In this document: piece by piece, positions 8,358 to 13,630 of the stretch
Position numbering within the stretch: the first letter of the stretch is position 1
How the letters are laid out: each line of letters begins with the position of its first letter
Source of the DNA: Candidatus Thorarchaeota archaeon
GTDB taxonomy: Archaea; Asgardarchaeota; Thorarchaeia; Thorarchaeales; Thorarchaeaceae
Direction: 5' to 3'
DNA length: 13,630 nt
NCBI GenBank assembly: GCA_046758445.1
Contig: JBHIAE010000069.1
Coordinates: forward strand, 1 to 13,630
The notes under the pieces: generated by a model
The model's input: only the letters and a program-made list of their open reading frames with translations
Database searches by the model: none
What the model was told of the DNA's origin: nothing
Translations under genes and position numbers: made by a program

Positions 8358-9293
8358 GTGAATTGGCTCTCCCGGAACCTTCGGGAACAACGTTATCTCC
8401 CGAATGTGCGACCGTCTGGCAAGAAAGCGCACAAGTCTTTCAATACCTAGACCTCCGCCAGCACTAGGACCTAGCATGCTGGCCTTGGCAAGTTCAAGAT
8501 AGGGGCTGAAAGCCTGCAGTTGCAGCTTTCTCTCCTTCAGTTTCCTGACTAGAATCTCATATTTATAGTCCCGTTCTCCGCCGGAGAGCGCCTCACCGAA
8601 CCCTTCAGGGTAGAACATGTCATAGTTCACGTAGTGTCCTCTTCGCTCTTCTTCCTCTCTGTCGTAGAACTCTCTCTCGAAGTCCGTTATCCAGAACAGG
8701 TCCTCCTCGACACGAGAGATCTGGGACTCGAACTCTGGCCCTAGTTCGGCTCGAAGATCCCAGCTTGAGTATGTGCGAAATGGTTTTCTTGGAATCTTAA
8801 TGTACGAGTCCAGTTTCCTGAGCTCTTCGTCGCAAGTGTCTTTTACTCTTGTGAAGACATGAATCATCATGTCTTCCATCAATGATCTGAACTGCTCCGC
8901 TGTTGCATCTCTGATCTCAATGTCCAGTTGCGAGAACTCCAGAAGATGGCTATCACTCTTGATTCCTTTCTCCAATCGAACATTTGGGGACACTATGTAT
9001 ATTCCCTTGACATCCATAGCAGAAACTGCAATCTGCTTATGCATAATCATGCTCTTTGTTAGCTGGAGTTTCTGATTCAGGTACTCAATAGAAGCCTCAT
9101 AGACAGGGTGGCTCAACGGGTCAGTGATCGGGGACATGATCACTGGCATAAGCTGAAGGAGCCGTTCCTGATGGAGGAATTCATGAATCGCAAGCAGTGC
9201 CTCGGTCTGTATCCTAAGTATCTCGGCTATGCTTCCACAATCTTGTATATGTGACACAACCGGTTTCAAGGTTCGTGACTGGGTCATCTTCAT
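8352..9293 (-). CDS. asnA: Archaeal-type asparagine synthetase A (AsnRS paralog lacking the anticodon-binding domain)
   Basis: SPITDPL, LTKSMIMHKQ, SPNVRLE..HLLEFSQLD (motif 2), EFYD, GEALSGGER, SAGGGLGIERLVRF (motif 3). About 313 aa with no OB-fold. Confidence 0.9.
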   Translation of the reverse strand: MKMTQSRTLKPVVSHIQDCGSIAEILRIQTEALLAIHEFLHQERLLQLMPVIMSPITDPLSHPVYEASIEYLNQKLQLTKSMIMHKQIAVSAMDVKGIYIVSPNVRLEKGIKSDSHLLEFSQLDIEIRDATAEQFRSLMEDMMIHVFTRVKDTCDEELRKLDSYIKIPRKPFRTYSSWDLRAELGPEFESQISRVEEDLFWITDFEREFYDREEEERRGHYVNYDMFYPEGFGEALSGGERDYKYEILVRKLKERKLQLQAFSPYLELAKASMLGPSAGGGLGIERLVRFLARRSHIREITLFPKVPGEPIHL

Positions 9294-9411
9294 CACATAC
9301 AGGGTTTATCCTACCCGGGAGAGGAACCAAAGAAAAGGTCTTGCCAGAAAAAGTGGAAGATATAGCAAGAATAGCAATAGAACTATATGCTGAATGGAAT
9401 AATCTTCCATC

Positions 9412-9861
9412 ATGAGCGTGTTGAATGGTAAGGACTACCAGATTCTTACACTCCTCAAAGAGAACTCCCGAATGACGACAAAGGAGATGTCTGAGAAACT
9501 CGAGATTCCTCAAACGACTGTCCACAACCGAATCAAGAGGCTGACAAAGAGCGGCATCATAAAACGATTCACAATAGAGCTTGATAGAAAGAAGATTGGA
9601 AGGGCTCTCGTTGCCTATATTCTGTGTACTGTTTCCTACCGTTCCGCAAGAGGACAGAAGATTGACCAGTACTCTGTGGCACAGCAAATAGACAAACTTG
9701 CTGAGGTAGAAGAAGTGTCAATTGTGACTGGGGAGAATGATCTGATTGTGAAAGTGGCACTGAAAGACGTCGATGCATTGAATGACTTTGTGATATCCAC
9801 CTTGAGGAACATCGAAGGTGTGGAGAGGACAGTCACCAGCGTTGTTCTCTCAGAGATTTAA
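9412..9861 (+). CDS. Lrp/AsnC family transcriptional regulator
   Basis: HTH D.QIL.LLKENSR...TVHNRIKRL...GIIKRF, and RAM domain VTGENDLIVKV. Divergent from asnA. Confidence 0.95.
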   Translation: MSVLNGKDYQILTLLKENSRMTTKEMSEKLEIPQTTVHNRIKRLTKSGIIKRFTIELDRKKIGRALVAYILCTVSYRSARGQKIDQYSVAQQIDKLAEVEEVSIVTGENDLIVKVALKDVDALNDFVISTLRNIEGVERTVTSVVLSEI

Positions 9862-9903
9862 CGCAAGTCGAAGTCAAGAATCTCTGGAATGTTACTGAGA
9901 GAG

Positions 9904-9945
9904 TGATGGTCCGGGCTATGCCAGAAGACTTGGCATGGCGCCCGG
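9904..9945 (-). repeat. Decayed tRNA 3'-end copy (copy 2) embedded in a hairpin
   Basis: TGATGGTCCGGGC matches the consensus start at 11/13. Hairpin CCGGGC-TATGCCA / TGGCATG-GC-GCCCGG at 9911-9945. Confidence 0.5.
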
Positions 9946-10008
9946 TCTTGCTCGAGCCTGCACACTTATAATATTGGACGTCCGATACTTCTACGGTGGC
10001 ATCTGGCC

Positions 10009-10536
10009 TTGAAGCAAGAAATCAGAGGAAATGTGTTGAGCCCCTTGCCTGTAGCATTGGTTGGAGCCCTTGTAAATGGTCGCCCAAACTACTTGGTTAT
10101 TGGCTACATTTCACCGTTCAATTTTGGTAGGCACATCTTCTTCAGCCTGTACAAGAAACGCTACACAAGAATCGGTATCCATGAGAACATGACTTTCAGT
10201 GTGAACATACCATCGGAGGTGCTTCTGGAGAAGACCAGAATATGCGGAAGCAAATCTGGTCGTGACCATGACAAGTCATCGCTCTTTGAAGCATTCTATG
10301 GTGAGCTGAAGACGGCCCCAATGATTCGTGAGTGTCCAATCAACATGGAGTGTGAAGTCACAGAGATACTAGACTACGATCCCAATGAGGGCATCATTGG
10401 GAAGGTCATCGGATCATATGCTGACAGTCATGTGCTTGAAGACGGCAAGCTTGACATGAGGAAGGTCCACCCGCTCATCTGGGCTATTGGTGGTGATTTC
10501 AACTACTATCGACTCGGAGAGAGGATAGGTGACTAG
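10009..10536 (+). CDS. Flavin reductase family (flavoredoxin-like) FMN-binding protein
   Basis: PLPVALVGA...G.PN, FSVNIPS, CGSKSGRDHDK, APMIRECPINMEC. TTG start, with a TATA-like CTTATAAT at about 9966. Confidence 0.9.
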   Translation: MKQEIRGNVLSPLPVALVGALVNGRPNYLVIGYISPFNFGRHIFFSLYKKRYTRIGIHENMTFSVNIPSEVLLEKTRICGSKSGRDHDKSSLFEAFYGELKTAPMIRECPINMECEVTEILDYDPNEGIIGKVIGSYADSHVLEDGKLDMRKVHPLIWAIGGDFNYYRLGERIGD

Positions 10537-10556
10537 GATTTCTGGGTGAGTAGAAG

Positions 10557-10585
10557 TGCTAGGCCGGGCGAGTTCACATGTCAAG
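10557..10585 (-). repeat. Decayed tRNA 3'-end copy (copy 3)
   Basis: TGCTAGGCCGGGCGAG matches the consensus start at 13/16. It is followed by TCACATGT, which copy 4 also contains. Confidence 0.6.
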
Positions 10586-10654
10586 ATGCTAACACAGTTC
10601 GGGAATGTGGGTAGATAACACAACTTAACTGCAGGATGCTGCATTGGTCGCACA

Positions 10655-11680
10655 ATGAACATCGGTCAAGCAATCAAGGAACTTCCAAAGGCCGAGTTGC
10701 ACATCCACCTTCTGGGAGCAATACGTCCAAGTATGCTTCTCTCACTAATCCTAGAAACAGAGCCTGACTCAAGCTATAGAACAGTAGAGGACATCGCTCC
10801 TGTATTTCAGTTCCAAACATTTAGACATTTCATCCTGGCCTATACCAAGGTAGTTGACTATGTGACTCAAGAGAAGCATTTTGAGCAGATCGCTTTTGAG
10901 ATGCTAGAGGATTGTGCCAACTGCAACACGCGCTATGTTGAGGCAAGTTTCTCCGCCATAGACCACATCCAGAGAGGATTGAGTTATGAGAAGATGCTTG
11001 ACGCCATCAACAGGGGGGTACGCAGGGCTAAGCGTCGTTTTGGAATTGACTGCAGCATCAGAATTGACTTTGTTCGCAATGAAGGCCCGAGTGGTGCCAT
11101 GAGAATCCTAGACCTAATAGAGGCGAAACCTGACAATGTCATCTCAGTTGATATTGGGGGCAGTGAGGATCTTTATCCACCGAAACCTTTCGCGAATGCA
11201 TTCCGTCGCGCCCGAAGACTTGGTCTTCACACAGTTGCACATGCGGGCGAGGCGGCTGGTCCGAAATCTGTGTGGGAAGCTATCAAACACTTGAATGTAG
11301 AGCGTGTTGGACATGCGGTTTCAGCAGTAAGAGACCAGAAACTCCTTGACCGAATGAAGTCACAAGGGATTGGTATTGAGTCATGTCCAACTAGTAATCT
11401 AAGGACTGGGGCTGTACAATCTCTGCAGGACCATCCCATAAGAGAGTTCTATGACCGCGAACTCTTAGTGACAGTGAATAGCGACGATCCAACATTCTTC
11501 CAGACAGATCTGAACAACGAATACCTGCAGCTCAATCAGAAGCTGGGCTTCTCGATATCAGATCTGTTTCAGCTGTCTGTCAACGCAATTGAAGCATCGT
11601 TCCTGCCAGAGGAAAGGAAGGAGAGAATGCGAAACTCGTTTAGAAAGGAGGCTGAACAGATCTGCGATTCAGTTGATTGA
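10655..11680 (+). CDS. add: Adenosine/adenine deaminase
   Basis: LPKAELHIHL, HAGE, ERVGHA, CPTSN and VTVNSDDP motifs. Confidence 0.93.
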   Translation: MNIGQAIKELPKAELHIHLLGAIRPSMLLSLILETEPDSSYRTVEDIAPVFQFQTFRHFILAYTKVVDYVTQEKHFEQIAFEMLEDCANCNTRYVEASFSAIDHIQRGLSYEKMLDAINRGVRRAKRRFGIDCSIRIDFVRNEGPSGAMRILDLIEAKPDNVISVDIGGSEDLYPPKPFANAFRRARRLGLHTVAHAGEAAGPKSVWEAIKHLNVERVGHAVSAVRDQKLLDRMKSQGIGIESCPTSNLRTGAVQSLQDHPIREFYDRELLVTVNSDDPTFFQTDLNNEYLQLNQKLGFSISDLFQLSVNAIEASFLPEERKERMRNSFRKEAEQICDSVD

Positions 11681-11710
11681 CGCTTGAATCAGTTTGAAGC
11701 ACAGAACGAA

Positions 11711-11759
11711 TGGTGGACGGGCGAGATTTGAACTGGCGACTTGCGACTCTCTCACATGT
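11711..11759 (-). repeat. tRNA 3'-half copy (copy 4, best preserved)
   Basis: TGGTGGAC-GGGCGAGATTTGAACTGGCGAC; the reverse complement is GTC-GCCAG-TTCAAAT-CTCGC-CCGTCC-A-CCA (T arm, acceptor strand, CCA). It may extend to the anticodon stem (CTCTCACATG). No 5' half is present. Confidence 0.88.
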
Positions 11760-11802
11760 TGATAAAGCAAGAACTTTAACCGCTGGCTACTTAACAATAA
11801 TT

Positions 11803-12213
11803 ATGAGCGAACCAAAGACAACACCTACGGATGTGGACGTGGAGGACTTCCTAAATGCGGTTGAACATCCTCGGAGAAAAGAGGACGGATTTGAACTCTT
11901 ACGAATTATGAGGGAAATCACTAAGGAAGAACCTGTGATGTGGGGTCCGAGCATAGTCGGTTTTGGTTCATACCACTATAGGTACGAGAGTGGTCGTGAG
12001 GGTGACATGCCTGTCACGGGATTCTCCCCGCGAAAAAGGAGCCTATCGGTGTATATTATGTCGGGTTTCGATGAGTACAGCGATCTCTTAGGAAGACTTG
12101 GCAAGCACCGGGTCGGAAAATCATGTCTCTACATAAACAAACTCGCAGATGTAGACATCTCGATACTCAAAGAGATAATCAAGGAATCCGTTGAGGAACT
12201 TACCAAAGAATGA
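11803..12213 (+). CDS. DUF1801 (YdhG-like) domain protein
   Basis: KT.PT..DV..FL, MWGPSIVGFGSYHYRYESGREGD, GFSPRK, LGKH..GKSCLYI.KL.DVD. The start was moved to ATG 11803. Confidence 0.92.
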   Translation: MSEPKTTPTDVDVEDFLNAVEHPRRKEDGFELLRIMREITKEEPVMWGPSIVGFGSYHYRYESGREGDMPVTGFSPRKRSLSVYIMSGFDEYSDLLGRLGKHRVGKSCLYINKLADVDISILKEIIKESVEELTKE

Positions 12214-12235
12214 AACCAATGAACAACATAAAGAA

Positions 12236-12260
12236 TGGTGGATCGGGCGAAACGCGAACT
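12236..12260 (-). repeat. tRNA 3'-end copy (copy 5)
   Basis: TGGTGGATCGGGCGAAACGCGAACT matches the consensus at 20/25, ungapped. Confidence 0.82.
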
Positions 12261-12316
12261 AGCTCCGAACTAAACTTCTTTCAGAAGTGGTTTCTTAATG
12301 ATTTGGGAAACCACGA

Positions 12317-12817
12317 ATGTCATTTGGCGAAAACATGAAATTGCAATCTATCCAATGTATACATTGGAGAACAAGCCAGGTGAATGAGGATCACTTTCGC
12401 TTGATTGGTGAGGCACTGGCATTCGCTGGGACAGTGATACTCATATCTCCCATTTTAATGCCGCTTTTTCCCAGTTCTGCCCGTCCGTCCGTTTACCGCA
12501 TATATGAATTGTTCTTATTTCTTGGAGTCGTATCAGCCTGCAGTGGAGTGACTATTCTTAGAACGTTCAAAGAGATGAGGCCCTATCTTGCCAAGGCTGG
12601 TGAGCCCATACACTCAGGCAGGACTTGGAAGAAGGAGTCTGAGTCAGGCTTGTTCCTCACCTCATGTGAACGTGTGGTGTCAACAAACCTAGAATCAAGA
12701 GAAACAGTAGAAGTTGGATATAGACTTGTTTCGACAGAAGGCCCCACGTGCAGGGATTGCAGCATCAGGGCAGGGAGGGTAATATTGGAGAGCTTCGGAA
12801 AGCATAGATCATATTGA
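12317..12817 (+). CDS. Hypothetical two-TM membrane protein with C-terminal Cys motif (start uncertain)
   Basis: Two hydrophobic segments and a CRDC near the C-terminus. The ORF fills the space between copies 5 and 6. Confidence 0.6.
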   Translation: MSFGENMKLQSIQCIHWRTSQVNEDHFRLIGEALAFAGTVILISPILMPLFPSSARPSVYRIYELFLFLGVVSACSGVTILRTFKEMRPYLAKAGEPIHSGRTWKKESESGLFLTSCERVVSTNLESRETVEVGYRLVSTEGPTCRDCSIRAGRVILESFGKHRSY

Positions 12818-12822
12818 GGATA

Positions 12823-12848
12823 TGATGAACCGGGCGAGACTTGAACTC
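12823..12848 (-). repeat. tRNA 3'-end copy (copy 6)
   Basis: TGATGAACCGGGCGAGACTTGAACTC matches the consensus at 22/25, and all three mismatches are transitions. Confidence 0.85.
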
Positions 12849-12871
12849 AAAGATGCCTTCAGATTCAAACC

Positions 12872-13591
12872 TCATTCAAGATCATCATCGAATAATCGAC
12901 TGCTAGACCCACTTGCAGTTACTTCTTGTGCAAGTCTGTCCACAATTTGATTCAATTGCTCTGCTGTGTAGCTCCTTTGAATGGTCACTATGCCAGTCTG
13001 CTCCAAAAGAAGTGAATACAGAATTCCTCTTCCCTTGTAGTATGTATCCCTATCAACTGGAATTGTGAAATCACCCTCCCTTCTTGCGACTTTGAGATTC
13101 CCAATTGGATGGATATACTCCCACTTCCATATCACTCTTGGAAGTACAACACTCTTGTCAAATGATCTCTCAGACTCATAGAAACCCACAAAGAAGAGTA
13201 CGTTCGACCCCCATTGAGCAATAGCGTACACCGGGTCCTTGTTCAAGACCGCAACCTTTCCCTCGATGAATGGCTCAGGAGGGGACATTTGACGGAGAAT
13301 ACCCATGCCACGAAACAACATAGAACTCCCCGTACCATAGTATACAACGACGAGGATGCCAAGAGTTCCAATCGCGATAAGTGCGATGAACACAATCAAC
13401 ATAGTATCCCCAGGCAATGTGAATCGCGTAAGGATTATCGTGAAGAACAGAAGTGGGACTGCAACGCACATTATTGCACCAATGCGCAATCCTCTCTTGA
13501 TAGATCCTCGGAACTCTTCTTCAGAACTTGATTCCAAATCGCTATGAAACTCTTCCACAGTAGTTCCCAGCTTATGGGAAGACTCAGTCAT
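12872..13591 (-). CDS. Hypothetical two-TM membrane protein
   Basis: 239-aa ORF with two N-terminal TM helices and a soluble C-terminal domain. Confidence 0.75.
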   Translation of the reverse strand: MTESSHKLGTTVEEFHSDLESSSEEEFRGSIKRGLRIGAIMCVAVPLLFFTIILTRFTLPGDTMLIVFIALIAIGTLGILVVVYYGTGSSMLFRGMGILRQMSPPEPFIEGKVAVLNKDPVYAIAQWGSNVLFFVGFYESERSFDKSVVLPRVIWKWEYIHPIGNLKVARREGDFTIPVDRDTYYKGRGILYSLLLEQTGIVTIQRSYTAEQLNQIVDRLAQEVTASGSSSRLFDDDLE

Positions 13592-13630
13592 GAGATGAGA
13601 TAAGGTTTGGTGAGAAAAGAGGTGAAATGG

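Noticed and set aside
8352-9293. Asparaginyl- or aspartyl-tRNA synthetase
   Set aside because: It lacks the N-terminal anticodon-binding domain. Size and motifs fit archaeal AsnA.
11711-11759. Functional tRNA gene or split-tRNA half
   Set aside because: There is no 5' half, the acceptor strand has a deletion, the T stem has a mismatch, and no complementary leader for trans-splicing is visible.
11710-11802. N-terminal extension MVDGRDLNWRL... of the DUF1801 ORF
   Set aside because: It is the translation of the antisense tRNA remnant. Family-like sequence starts at ATG 11803.
9904-12848. CRISPR array interpretation of the repeats
   Set aside because: The intervals are 0.5-1.2 kb whole genes, the repeats are tRNA-derived, and there are no cas genes.

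Overview
Archaeal genomic window. Evidence: a BHB-type tRNA intron, an archaeal AsnRS-like asparagine synthetase, a TATA-box tRNA promoter and GGTGA/GGAGG SD motifs. The overall style suggests an Asgard/Thorarchaeota-like genome, but that is inference only. From left to right it holds a PadR regulator with a HAAS-type membrane partner, a small membrane protein, a free-standing two-motif LAGLIDADG-like gene, and a tRNA-Phe(GAA) on the minus strand. The LAGLIDADG stop codon abuts the tRNA's CCA end, and the tRNA has a 31-nt intron at non-canonical position 53/54. These are followed by a peroxiredoxin, a methyltransferase, a GNAT, Zn-ribbon proteins, divergent asnA/Lrp, a flavin reductase, an adenosine deaminase, DUF1801 and two orphan membrane proteins. 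The most unusual signal is in the right half. Consecutive intergenic gaps carry degenerate, same-orientation copies of a tRNA 3' end (consensus TGGTGGACCGGGCGAGATTTGAACT, the reverse complement of T-arm + acceptor + CCA, probably tRNA-Ala). These divide unrelated genes into 0.5-1.6 kb, integrase-free, cassette-like units. A second example sits at tRNA-Phe: a decayed copy of its 3' end (1921-1955), which best matches the intron-less form, brackets the LAGLIDADG-like gene. All alignments and counts were done by eye.
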